This document shows, piece by piece, positions 1 through 9,210 of a DNA stretch of 64,000 nt (its first letter is position 1; each line of letters begins with the position of its first letter). This stretch comes from Candidatus Eremiobacteria bacterium. GTDB taxonomy: Bacteria; Vulcanimicrobiota; Vulcanimicrobiia; Vulcanimicrobiales; Vulcanimicrobiaceae. The notes beneath the pieces were generated by a model that made no database searches, was not told the origin of the DNA, and saw nothing but the letters and a program-made list of their open reading frames with translations. The stretch lies in the NCBI GenBank assembly GCA_963696095.1, contig CAVOIN010000002.1, positions 403,939-467,938 of the forward strand. The letters run 5' to 3'. The translations under genes were made by a program, and so were the position numbers.

Positions 1-6
1 AACCGT

Positions 7-1053
7 TTACGGAACGACTGTGATCGTACCGGTCATCCTCGAGTTGTCGTGATAGAGACACCCGTACAAGTAAGTGCCGGCCTTGACAAACTTCACCGAG
101 AACTTTTGATTAGCGATGAACGTCCCCGAATTAACAATTTTCGTGCCGTCAATCGGCGTTATCCCGGGCGCCGGAACAACGTTAATAGCCGGATCGGGTG
201 GAAGGGGCGGCAGTTGGTTGGCACCGGCTTTAGCAAACGTTACCGTATGCGGCTCGTTCGTGGTTTCGTTGACCCACGTCAAGACCGTTCCTACTTTCAC
301 CGTCTTGCTGCCGGCCTTTGCAACGTCATCGAAGTTGCCGTTGTTCAAAAACCGCAAGACCGTAGCTTGCGTTGGCGGGCCGTGTCCCAAGCCCGGGGCG
401 ATACCCGCCGCGAACGTGTTGCCATCCGCCGCGAATGGGAATGACGCGACCGAAGCGGCACCAGCCCGGAAGTCGTTCCATTCGTCTTGAGCGCCGGCGC
501 TGAGGTAATAGCCGGGCGTGTGGGGATACTTCGTTCCGGCGGGCTGCACGACCACGGTGCTTTCCATCGCCGGCTCATGGAACAGACAGAGAATCGGGTA
601 CGTCCCCGCCTTTGGGAAGTGCAGCGTGAACGACTGACCGCCCACCAGGATCCCGGAATTGACGAATTTTGTCCCGTCGATCGTATTGCCGCCGGCTGGG
701 ACGAGGTTTTGCGGAGCCGGAGGCGGCGGGATGGGCTGCCCTTTCGGTACGAACGACACGGTGTGCGCGTCGCCGCCCGAGCCGCTCGCGATACGATAAG
801 TGATCGAGTCACCAGCATCGACCGTTATCGCATTCGGATAGTAGTCGAGGTCCTGAATCGCATAGAAGTTGGTCGAGGCGCCGGTTTGAACGTTCCAAAC
901 CAGCGAGGAAAAGCTTTGGAATGTGGCATCCGCGCTTATGGAAGCTCGATCGTCAGCGCCTGAGGCCGCGGGAAGACTGGATTGTGATTGCATGGTGCCA
1001 CCCGCGCACGCCGATAATGCAATCACCCACAATAAGGAAAAGGCCTTTCGCAT
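7..1053 (-). CDS. two-domain cupredoxin (plastocyanin/azurin-like blue copper) lipoprotein
   Basis: ORF 7..1089. Internal ATG at 1051-1053 is preceded by AGAGGAGA. Lipobox LSAC follows a hydrophobic N-terminus. Two type-1 Cu ligand motifs: CLFHEPAM and CLYHDNSRM. Confidence 0.7.
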   Translation of the reverse strand: MRKAFSLLWVIALSACAGGTMQSQSSLPAASGADDRASISADATFQSFSSLVWNVQTGASTNFYAIQDLDYYPNAITVDAGDSITYRIASGSGGDAHTVSFVPKGQPIPPPPAPQNLVPAGGNTIDGTKFVNSGILVGGQSFTLHFPKAGTYPILCLFHEPAMESTVVVQPAGTKYPHTPGYYLSAGAQDEWNDFRAGAASVASFPFAADGNTFAAGIAPGLGHGPPTQATVLRFLNNGNFDDVAKAGSKTVKVGTVLTWVNETTNEPHTVTFAKAGANQLPPLPPDPAINVVPAPGITPIDGTKIVNSGTFIANQKFSVKFVKAGTYLYGCLYHDNSRMTGTITVVP

Positions 1054-1178
1054 GAAAGTTCTCCTCTGCGGGGCAACGGTAGAACTCAATTCTACTGCGC
1101 ATGGCAGATTGACATTACAGCCGAGTCTTTGCTAAGTCGCTTGGAGAACGAGCGCGTGAACCCAAATTGAGGATCGTT

Positions 1179-1877
1179 GTGAAAGGCTGGTCACTTTTAC
1201 TTGCGATTGGATTGCTGGCTACGCATGGCGCCTGCGGAGATCCCGCGGCATCGTCCACTGGAACGTTCGGCGTTGGCGCCGGCGTGCCGCTGCCGTCCGA
1301 ATCGGTAAGCTCCGACGGCCATACGATAACCGTGGACGAATCCTTCGGCGACAGAATGTTTACGACGGTTACTTCTCGTTACGATGCTAAGACATTCCAG
1401 TTACTCTCGTCCGAAAGGCACGCAAGCTGTTGCGGAGCATATTGGAAATCGTCGATCGAGCGCAACGGCGACGCCTCGTACGATATCGAATCAAAGACGT
1501 TTCCACCATCGCGAGATGGCAAAGATTTCTTGCTTGAAAGCCGGCCCCATTTCGAGACCGAGGCGAACCGCCCGCTTATTGCCGGCAGCCTGCTGTTCGT
1601 TCCATGGCTCTATCATGCAACACAGAGCAACGACCTAGTACGGATTTCGTTCGATCCGTTACGAACGGACTACATCATCATCGCCGATGTGCCTGGGGCG
1701 CCCTATCCTGACGGCGTGCCTTCGCACGACAAGGCACTCTCCGTCACGTCGATTTCGGATCGGCCCACGACAATGTGGTACGACCCCTGCACTTTCATCG
1801 TCGACGCTTATGGCAACAGAGGCGGCTCCGTCACCATTAGAACCGCTTTGGTAAAATCGGGCGCCTTCAAGTTTTGA
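1179..1877 (+). CDS. hypothetical lipoprotein
   Basis: ORF 1167..1877. GTG at 1179 sits 6 nt after GAGGA. Signal peptide with lipobox (LLATHGAC). No family recognised. Confidence 0.5.
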   Translation: MKGWSLLLAIGLLATHGACGDPAASSTGTFGVGAGVPLPSESVSSDGHTITVDESFGDRMFTTVTSRYDAKTFQLLSSERHASCCGAYWKSSIERNGDASYDIESKTFPPSRDGKDFLLESRPHFETEANRPLIAGSLLFVPWLYHATQSNDLVRISFDPLRTDYIIIADVPGAPYPDGVPSHDKALSVTSISDRPTTMWYDPCTFIVDAYGNRGGSVTIRTALVKSGAFKF

Positions 1878-1943
1878 CCCTCCGTGTTCCGAACGTGATA
1901 CGCTTTCCTAGCGCTCCACTAGCTGGAACGCATGGAGGGATGA

Positions 1944-2195
1944 CGGGCTCGACGCAAAGCGGTTGAGGATCTACTCGCGCAGTTCAACGGAACGCTGGAG
2001 ACGTTCTATTTTGCGTTCGGGGAAGACGACGCGGTGATCATCTTCGATCTTTCCGACGACACAAGCGCCGCGGCCCTGGCCATGGCAGTGAATACCTCCG
2101 GCAGCGTTCGCATAAAAACAACCGTGCCAATCACAGCCGAACTAATCGACGAAGCGGCGAAGAAACACGCTACGTATCGCCCGCCGGGAACTTAG
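1944..2195 (+). pseudogene. GYD-domain protein, N-terminus missing or frameshifted
   Basis: Open frame after TGA at 1941 translates ...VEDLLAQFNGTLETFYFAFGEDDAVIIFDLSDDTSAAALAMAVNTSGSVRIKTTVPITAELIDEAAKKHATYRPPGT*. This matches the GYD family C-terminal two thirds as I recall it. There is no in-frame start for the first ~28 aa. Confidence 0.45.
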
Positions 2196-2235
2196 CTCCT
2201 CGCGCACATCGGCGAAAGCCACGTCGAAACCGGAG

Positions 2236-2661
2236 CTAACCTTCGTTTTCCTCGTCTTGCTCGTGCTCGTGGTGCCCGTGCTCGTGTCCGTGGTGCCCGT
2301 GTTCGTGTTCGTGTTCGTGTTCCTGTTCGTGCTGGTGATGTCGGGCGTGCCCGAGGTCGATACCCGCTCTTATGGCTTCGAGTACAGCGCTGCGCTCATC
2401 GGCGCTGAACGTTAGGTTTCGGCCCTCACAAACTTCATCCAAAACCTGATTGGCATCTTTGAAGTCGTCTAGGGCGGCACCTAACTGGACACACGCGTTA
2501 GCAAGTCCATCGAGGAACCGGGCCGACGCAGCAAGGTTCTCAATCCTGCCGTCCTTTTTTAATAGCCCCACGAGTGCCGTGGCAATCTCGGAGGCCATGT
2601 CAGGAGGATAAGCCGATTCGTCGATGAGCAGACGCATTAAGAGTTGGTGCGTGATGGTCAT
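2236..2661 (-). CDS. hypothetical helical protein with His/Glu-rich C-terminal tail (putative metal binding)
   Basis: ORF with GGAGA RBS. C-terminus is HARHHQHEQEHEHEHEHGHHGHEHGHHEHEQDEENEG. Confidence 0.55.
   Translation of the reverse strand: MTITHQLLMRLLIDESAYPPDMASEIATALVGLLKKDGRIENLAASARFLDGLANACVQLGAALDDFKDANQVLDEVCEGRNLTFSADERSAVLEAIRAGIDLGHARHHQHEQEHEHEHEHGHHGHEHGHHEHEQDEENEG
2299..2328. repeat. hexanucleotide tandem repeat GTGTTC x4 (+1 degenerate) encoding the (EH)n tail
   Basis: Direct reading of 2299-2328: gtgttcgtgttcgtgttcgtgttcctgttc. Confidence 0.8.
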
Positions 2662-2994
2662 GTCATTTCTCCGATTTCATGTTCGCGGTCGATTTAACGC
2701 ACGAATCTGGCGAAAGCTCAAGCAGATGTTATTTCTTCATTGTCAAAATTCGACATTCGCTGTCGCGTTTTCGTCGAGCTCGCTTTTCGATCTACCGAAC
2801 ACTACCCACAAAATGCTATAAATGCGCCTGCTGCTGAGACCGAAATAGCGATAGCTTCGACGAACATGGCACGATGTTCACGCGACCTTTGTTGCGACAT
2901 TTTCCAATACTAGCGGAATCCTATGCCAGCAGGGCGTCACGATGCGTGTAGGCGCGACCTCGCTTGGCGCATCAAGTGATCTTTCGGCGTGAAC

Positions 2995-3021
2995 GAAAAA
3001 AGCGCGCCATTCGACGCGCTC
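2995..3021 (-). terminator. rho-independent terminator downstream of tRNA-Leu
   Basis: Minus-strand RNA AGAGCGCG-UCGAAUGG-CGCGCU followed by UUUUUU. Confidence 0.7.
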
Positions 3022-3035
3022 TTGCTCTAAGGTTT

Positions 3036-3366
3036 TGGGATGACCGGGACTCGAACCCGGACGCCCTTTCGGGCTGCAGATTTTCGCACCACTATGGCTT
3101 TCGCTACCGCACTATCGCGTTTGTGGTCCGGACTGTGCCTTGACCATGCGGATCGTTCTAAATCTGACCCGTTAGGCCGCGCCCATCCAGTCTCTACACC
3201 TTCTCGAATCTGCGTTCGCAGATCGAGCTTGGCTCGGCGTTGTCATGCGCTGAAGCGCGCGAAGAGTTCACCGACTTTGAGCGCATCCCGCACGGCGTTT
3301 CCCGATCGTGCGGCTCAAGGAGTGTTACCTCAAGTCTGCTGTGTCTACCGATTCCACCATCATCCC
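3036..3366 (-). tRNA. tRNA-Leu(UAA) gene interrupted by a group I intron (exons 3366-3332 and 3084-3036)
   Basis: 5' exon is GGGAUGAUGGUGGAAUCGGUAGACACAGCAGACUU. 3' exon is AAAAUCUGCAGCCCGAAAGGGCGUCCGGGUUCGAGUCCCGGUCAUCCCA. The spliced 84-nt product has a 7-bp acceptor GGGAUGA/UCAUCCC, and a D-arm UGGUGGAAUCGGUAGACAC as in E. coli tRNA-Leu(UAA) from memory. It also has anticodon stem GCAGA/UCUGC, loop CUUAAAA, a long variable arm, T-arm CCGGG-UUCGAGU-CCCGG and discriminator A. Confidence 0.85.
3085..3331 (-). ncRNA. group I (IC3-like) intron in the anticodon loop of tRNA-Leu(UAA)
   Basis: 247 nt lie between U34 and A35. The upstream exon ends in U and the intron ends in G. An internal GAG can pair with exon CUU (P1 with U.G). 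There is a hairpin CCGCACG...CGUGCGG with a GAAA loop. AACGCCGAGCCAAGC and GAAGGUGUAGAGACU match my memory of the Azoarcus tRNA-Ile intron core. No ORF inside. Confidence 0.75.
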
Positions 3367-3372
3367 ATAGCG

Positions 3373-3615
3373 CTACTGTCGATAGTGTTCGACAGTGTCT
3401 GCCGACCGCATATGCGCAATGTTTGGGTCTTGTCCTGCATCGCGACGTGCGCGGCGTTGACGCAGCAGATCCCAAAACCGGTCGAGTTGCACTTGAATGT
3501 CTTCTAAGCGCTTGCGGTCTTCTTCATTCAAATGGCCGCCGTCGCCGTGCTCGAGGAGACGATGCTCTTCAGCTACGAGACCCTCGATGTGATCATTGAT
3601 CTGCTTGTCGTCCAT
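3373..3615 (-). CDS. DUF2630 family protein
   Basis: ATG at 3613-3615 follows GGAGG. MDDKQINDHIEGLVAEEHRLLEH...WDLLRQRRARRDAGQDP... fits the DUF2630 pattern. The stop lies 7 nt before the tRNA 5' end. Confidence 0.65.
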   Translation of the reverse strand: MDDKQINDHIEGLVAEEHRLLEHGDGGHLNEEDRKRLEDIQVQLDRFWDLLRQRRARRDAGQDPNIAHMRSADTVEHYRQ

Positions 3616-3720
3616 GGCGCTACCTCCGGGAAGCCGTTGATGCCATCCTTCCCCCATTTGAACGCGGGCAGGCGGCGCTAGGCTGCTAAAAAGTTTCGAA
3701 TATGGGTAACCATAGTCACC

Positions 3721-4293
3721 GTGCAACAAGAGGATATACCTTCCACCTTCCTGGGCGACGGATTCGTCGGCCGGGGACATGCGACCGACAACCCGCCGGC
3801 TTGGTGGCGCACCTTCGTCTTCCGGGTGCTCACAGGCCGCCAGCTCAGCGTTCTTCTTTACCTTCTTACCTGTATGGCGACTCAGGACGAGTGCAGCCCG
3901 ACAACGGAAGAGATCCGCTCGTTCGTTGGCCTGAACCGGCCCAACATGGTCTTCGAGGCGCTCGACATTTTGGATGACTACGGCTTCGTCGTCCGGCACC
4001 GCCGCGTGCTTCCGGGCTTGAGCGGCCGAAGGAACTTGTACCAGCGTCCGCCGTGGGAGTACACGATTCTACGCTTGCTCCAGCTAGGAATTCTCGACGA
4101 GCGCCTGCGCGTGCGGCATCTTGAATCGAGCTACACGCCGGAAATCATGCGCGAACTCGATACCGCCGCGCGCGGATTGCTGGGGGATCGTTACGACGAA
4201 TACGCGTCGAGCGACGGCGGTCAGAGCAAGAAAATGCTCATGACGGCGCTGTCCGCAAAGATTGACGGACACCCGCACCTACGCTCGGTTTAG
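3721..4293 (+). CDS. hypothetical protein, possible winged-helix DNA-binding domain
   Basis: 190-aa ORF. The central segment LSVLLYLL...TTEEIRSFVGLNRPNMVFEALDILDDYGFVV looks wHTH-like. Start is uncertain. Confidence 0.4.
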   Translation: MQQEDIPSTFLGDGFVGRGHATDNPPAWWRTFVFRVLTGRQLSVLLYLLTCMATQDECSPTTEEIRSFVGLNRPNMVFEALDILDDYGFVVRHRRVLPGLSGRRNLYQRPPWEYTILRLLQLGILDERLRVRHLESSYTPEIMRELDTAARGLLGDRYDEYASSDGGQSKKMLMTALSAKIDGHPHLRSV

Positions 4294-5211
4294 ATATCTT
4301 CCTGATCGCGCTGTTGCAGCAAGTAGCCGAGAAGCAAATCGGAGCTGGTTGCGACGGCGCGATCCTTCGTCAGCATCTCGAGGATTGTATCGATGATGAT
4401 CATGCCGGCCGGCAAGATGTCGGCGCGTTGCGGATTCATGCCGGGGACGTCTTTCCGGCGTTCGTAAACGAGCGCGCACAGCACAGAGAGCGCGTGCGCA
4501 AGGTCGCTGCGCGTGAGATCGAATCGCTCGCCGGGTACACCGCCGTGAATTACCGCGGCCGCCGTCATTGCCGATCCGCCGACGATCGCGAGTTTATCGA
4601 TTGCACGAAATCGCGCGATCGGTTCGAGCGCTTCGCGAGCGTATTCGCGCGCGCGTTCCATTACTACCGATGCGAGAGCGCCGTCGTGTCCGGCAAGTTC
4701 GGGAACGCGCTTCGGTCAGACGAACGGCGCCGACTTCGCACGACACGGTGCGTTCGGCATGCGTGCCGCGGCCGATCGCATATTCGGTACTGCCGCCGCC
4801 CGTATCTACGACGCCGACCTCGGCGCCGTGCAGATGTCCGAATTCGCTGATCGCGCCGCGATAGGACGCTTGCGCTTCTTCATCGCCCGATAGCACGCGC
4901 AGTTTTGCGCCGGTGATGCGTTTAATCTCCGCCGCAAACGTTTCGCCGTTTTGCGCACGCCGCACGGCGGAGGTTGCAATTACGGAGAGACGATCGTACT
5001 GGCCGCGGATTCGTTCGAAGTGCGACTGCACCGCTTCCAGCGTTCGGCGCACCGGTTCTTCGCCGAGCTCGCCGCGTTCACGCAATCCTTCGCCGACGCG
5101 CGTCCCGGTCGCAAGCGCCAGTACCGTGCGGGGACGCTCGCCGGAAAGATCGGCCAACAGGACTCGCGTGGAGTTCGTGCCGATTGAAATGACGGCATCC
5201 TGTCGGCTCAT
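4290..5211 (-). pseudogene. Ppx/GppA family phosphatase, frameshifted
   Basis: The N-terminal frame (4594..5211) has ISIGTNSTRVLLAD and DTGGGSTE motifs. The C-terminal part continues in another frame (4290..4661). The frame switch is near 4660-4720. Confidence 0.75.
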
Positions 5212-5221
5212 GCGGATGCCC

Positions 5222-5586
5222 TTACTGTTCGCTGTGTTTGGATTCGAAGAGCGCTGCGCGCTTTTTCTTCTTTAGGAAATGGCGCTCGGCGGACGGCACG
5301 CCTTGCTCGTTGGCGTCCCACTCTTCGGTGCTGCTGCAAGTAGTGCGCGATCTGTTCGTCGAGTTCTTCGTCGTGAATCTGCGGCGCAATCGTCACCATC
5401 GGACGCCGTTCGCCCGGGATGAACCATGAACATCAAGCGTTTGCGGCCTGTTAGCCCGCGTTCGTATTCTGAGTGGTGCGCTTCGACGTCGCCGGCCGGC
5501 GCGCTCGCGAGTTCACCCGATTCCAGGCGCACCGTTGCGCCATACGCATTGACGTTGATGACGAAGCCGTAGACGGGATCGGTCAC
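5222..5586 (-). pseudogene. S1 RNA-binding domain protein (YabR-like), frameshifted
   Basis: GTG at 5584-5586 overlaps the upstream stop (GTGA). S1 core is YGFVINVNAYGATVRLESGELA. The C-terminus has to be read in two further frames (...IAPQIHDEELDEQIAHYLQQ / STEEWDANEQGVPSAERHFLKKKKRAALFESKHSEQ*). Confidence 0.6.
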
Positions 5587-5952
5587 GGAGCGGTGGACGG
5601 CGCGGCCGATGGGGCCGGGCTCACGAAAATAATCGCTTCGTTCGGCGCGACGAGCCGCAGGCGGTCGTGAATTTCGGGAATCGTTCCGTCGGGCGATTCT
5701 AAGCGGCGCAGTTCGCGCAACTGATGTTCGCGATGCGCGTGCAACGCGCTGATATCCGATTCGGTGGACGAGAGTTCGCGCGCAAGCGCGACGTTTTGAT
5801 TGATCACGCGCGTAAATTGCACCGTAACGAGCGTGAATACGAGAAGCGCAACAAGCGCCGCAGTCAAACGTCCGGCGAAGGAAACAACAGCGGAGCACGC
5901 GTGCGCTTCTTCACGTGCCTCTTCGATCGCTTCCCGGCGCTCGTTTTGCCAT
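5583..5952 (-). pseudogene. septum formation initiator (DivIC/FtsB family), frameshifted near the N-terminus
   Basis: The basic N-terminus is spread over frames from ATG 5950-5952 ([20 protein letters not shown]). A TM helix RLTAALVALLVFTLVTV, a coiled coil and ...RLRLVAPNEAIIFV follow. Confidence 0.6.
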
Positions 5953-5956
5953 GCGC

Positions 5957-6897
5957 CTATCCGCCGATATTTCGAATAGCGCGCCTCCTGCAACGCCTCC
6001 GGCGTCATTGCCGATAGCCGTTGCACCGAGGATCGGATTGCATCGAGCACTTTCGCAACCGTCGCCGCGGCTTCGCGATGCGCACCGCCGAGCGGTTCCG
6101 GAACGATTTCGTCGATGATGCCGAAGCGCTCGCAGATCCTCGGCGGTTAGTTTCAACCGCGTCGCCGCCTCTTCCGCCTTTGCGGCATCGCCCCAGAGAA
6201 TCGCGGCGCAGCCTTCCGGCGACGCGACCGAGTAAACGGAATGCTCGAGCATGATGACGTGGTCGGCAATTCCAAGCGCGAGCGCGCCGCCGCTGCCGCC
6301 TTCGCCGATGATCGTTGCAACGATCGGCACCTGCGCGCTCGGTGAACTCATAGAGGCAGCTCGCGATCGCTTCGGATTGCGCGTGCTCTTCCGACGTGAT
6401 GCCGGGATCGGCGCCCTTCGTGTCGATGAACGTAACGATCGGCACGCCCAAGCGCGATGCGGTATGTGCGAGCCGCTGCACTTTGCGATAGCCTTCGGGC
6501 GTCACCATGCCGAAGTTGCGACGCAGATTTTCTTTGGTGTCGCGGCCGCGCTGCTGCGCCGATCACCATGACCGGGTGCGCCCGAGCAGCAAGCGAAACC
6601 GCCGACGATCGCCGGGTCGTCGCGGATGAGCCGGTCGCCGTGCAGTTCGTCGAACCGGTCGAGTTGCGAGATATAGTCGAGCGACGTCGGCCGGTTCGGA
6701 TGGCGCGCCATGTGCACCTTCTCCCACGGCGTCAGCGATCCGAAGATCTCGCGCTGAATCTCTTGCGTATTTCTGCTCGAGCGCCGGCGATTTCGGCCGA
6801 CATGTCGACGGGCTGGCTGTGCGTTCGCGGCGCGCAGCTCGGCGATGCGGCGCTCGAGCTCGAGCAGCCCCTTTTCGCGTTCGACGATCAGATTCAC
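5957..6897 (-). pseudogene. accA: acetyl-CoA carboxylase carboxyltransferase alpha subunit, multiple frameshifts
   Basis: AccA motifs are spread over at least 4 frames: [28 protein letters not shown]; [30 protein letters not shown]; [31 protein letters not shown]; [11 protein letters not shown]. Confidence 0.8.
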
Positions 6898-6903
6898 GCG
6901 ACG

Positions 6904-7753
6904 TCACCTTAACCGAACTCCGACGGCGTACTCCAGCAAGCGCACGATCGTGGCTTTGAGCTCGTGACGGTCGACGACCATGTCGATGTGGCCTTTTTCG
7001 AGCAAGAATTCGGCCGTTTGAAACTGCTCGGGCAGTTTCTGGCGGATCGTCTGCTCGATGACGCGCCGTCCGGCGAAGCCGATCATGGCTTGCGGTTCGG
7101 CGACGATGACGTCGGATTCGAATGCGAACGACGCCGAGACGCCGCCCGTCGTCGGGTCGGTGAGCACCGTCACGAAGAAGTTGCCGTCGTCGCATGAAGC
7201 GCTGCACCGCGGCGGTCGTCTTGGCCATTTGCATGAGCGCGAGCATGCCTTCTTCCATGCGCGCGCCGCCGCACGCCGTGAAGATGATGCACGGAATGTG
7301 CGCGCTCGCGCGCTTCTTCGAGCAGCAGCGTGATGCGCTCGCCGACGACGGTGCCCATCGTGCCGCCGCGAAAGTGGAAATCCATCACGCCGAGCGCGAC
7401 GTCGAAGCCGCCGATCTGTCCGATGCCGCACACGACGCCTTCGGCACATGCCGCTCTTCTCTTGTCGCCGGCGATCTTCGACGGGATACGTCTTCTTGTC
7501 GACCCAGTCGAGCGGATCGCCCGGCTGCACGTCGGCGCCGATCTCCGTGAAGTCGCCGTCGATCAGCATGCTGATGCGGTCGTACGCCGCTCATCCGGAA
7601 ATGATGGCCGCACTTCGTGCAGACGTAGAGGTTCGCGGCGAGATCGCGCCGGTACAGCACCTCGTTGCACTTCGGGCACTTGCTCCAAAGCGCCGCGTCG
7701 CGCGCGTCTGCGTTCTTGCTGCGGCGGATGCGCAGCCATTCGGGCATCGGCAT
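6904..7753 (-). pseudogene. accD: acetyl-CoA carboxylase carboxyltransferase beta subunit, multiple frameshifts
   Basis: Zn-ribbon N-terminus [55 protein letters not shown] and [33 protein letters not shown] lie in different frames. Confidence 0.8.
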
Positions 7754-7759
7754 GGCGTC

Positions 7760-8482
7760 CTAACTCTTCCCCGGAAAGAGCCGCGCCGCTGTAGAGCTTG
7801 CGCAGCTGCTTCAGGTAGTTGAAGATTTCTTTTTCGTTCAGCTTCGACTCGCCGACGATGCGGTCGGTGAAGACGTACGGAACCTCGATGCGCGCTCCCG
7901 TAGTGCGCCTTCGCGACGACTTCGAGGCCGATCTTGAATCCGATCGGGTCGAGCTCGACGCCGTCGAGCGCTTCGCGCTTCACGAAGAAATAGCCGCTCG
8001 TGATGTCTTTCACGTTCGTCAGCGGCCGCGCGAGCCAGCAGGCGACTTTCGACGTAACGATGCGCTTCGCGGGCCAGTTGGTGATGCCGCCGCCCTTCAC
8101 GTAGCGGCTGCCGATGGCCAGCCCGTAGCCCCGATGCGAGCGCCTGAACCATCTGCGGCAGGATGTTGATGTCGTGGCTGAAGTCGGCGTCCATCGCGCC
8201 GAGCGCTTCGGATTCGGGACGCGCGAATTTCCAGCCGTCGATGACGCCGCTCGAAAGCCCGAGCTTGCCGGGGCGATGCAGGCATCGTACGGGGAGTTCC
8301 GCGGAGAGACGGTCGACGATCGCGCCGGTACCGTCCGGCGAGTTGTCGTCGACGACGATGATTTCGCCGTCGAGGCCGTTCTTTTTGAAGAGCTCATCGA
8401 GCCCGCGAAGCAGACGCTCGATACCGCCGGCTTCGTTATAGGTCGGAATGACGATGGAAAACGGGAAACTGCTCATCTTCAA
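7760..8482 (-). pseudogene. GT2 polyprenol-phosphate sugar synthase (Dpm1/Ppm1-like), frameshifted
   Basis: FSIVIPTYNEAGGI...VVDDNSPDGTG...MDADFSHD in one frame. GSRYVKGGGITNWP...DITSGYFFVKREAL and ESKLNEKEIFNYLKQLRKLY lie in others. Confidence 0.7.
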
Positions 8483-8531
8483 TCGGCGCTATTACGACGG
8501 AAGGGAGCCGGTTTCCTGATACGTCAGAACG

Positions 8532-9176
8532 TCAAACCAGGCCGGTTCGCATCGCGCGAATCACGAGCTGGGTGCGCGCGTTCACCCGCATCTTCGCGAA
8601 GATCTTCGAAACGTGATTCTTCACGGTCTTGTCCGAGAGCATGAGGCGCTGGCCGATCTCTTTGTTCGAGAGGCCTTCCACGATGAGACGGACGATCTGG
8701 AGTTCTCGCGGGGAGAGCTCGTTGACGTCGCCGCGGGTACGCGTCGCCCGCTGACGCAGCAACGCGCCGGCGAGCCGTCCGTCGGCGTGAAAGCCGTCGC
8801 TGACGATCGTCCGGATCGCGCGAATCAGATCCGCCGGCGACGTGTCTTTCACTACGTAACCGTCCGCGCCGGCTGCAATGGCGCGCAGCATCAGCTCGCT
8901 GCTCAAATGCGATGAGATCACGCAGATCTTCGTGCGACGGCTTGCGGCGTGGCACTCCCCGATCAAGCGCTCTAATTGGGCCAAATTGTCGTCGAGGTCC
9001 AGTACCGCGACGTCGGCACCGGCATCTTTGAATTCCTCGAGATCGAACGTGCGAGAATCGGCAACCGTAAAATCGCCGTCTTGAGACAGCACGGTGCTGA
9101 TCGCTTTTGCAAGCAAGACCTGCGGTTCGATGATATACACGGCCAAATTCCCGAGGCCGGTTGCCGGTGTATTCAT
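8532..9176 (-). CDS. NarL/LuxR-family response regulator with atypical receiver domain
   Basis: REC domain (acceptor D in VLDLDD, S in ICVISS, K in YVVKD), but the N-terminal acidic pair reads EP. C-terminal LuxR HTH is LSPRELQIVRLIVEGLSNKEIGQRLMLSDKTVKNHV. Confidence 0.8.
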   Translation of the reverse strand: MNTPATGLGNLAVYIIEPQVLLAKAISTVLSQDGDFTVADSRTFDLEEFKDAGADVAVLDLDDNLAQLERLIGECHAASRRTKICVISSHLSSELMLRAIAAGADGYVVKDTSPADLIRAIRTIVSDGFHADGRLAGALLRQRATRTRGDVNELSPRELQIVRLIVEGLSNKEIGQRLMLSDKTVKNHVSKIFAKMRVNARTQLVIRAMRTGLV

Positions 9177-9210
9177 AGCTTAACGGTATACGAACGATGA
9201 GCCATATGCA

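Noticed and set aside
3036-3366. Initially considered a tmRNA (tRNA-like 3' end plus a body of about 330 nt).
   Set aside because: The 5' part is a complete tRNA-Leu 5' half (D-arm and anticodon stem), not a tmRNA 5' end. There is no tag-peptide reading frame ending in a hydrophobic tail. The exons splice into a perfect tRNA-Leu(UAA), and the middle carries group I intron core-like sequence.
3040-3599. ORFs 3040..3507(+), 3194..3475(-) and 3240..3599(+) in the six-frame track.
   Set aside because: They overlap the tRNA-Leu/intron and the DUF2630 gene, have no RBS or recognisable domains, and are best explained as chance ORFs.
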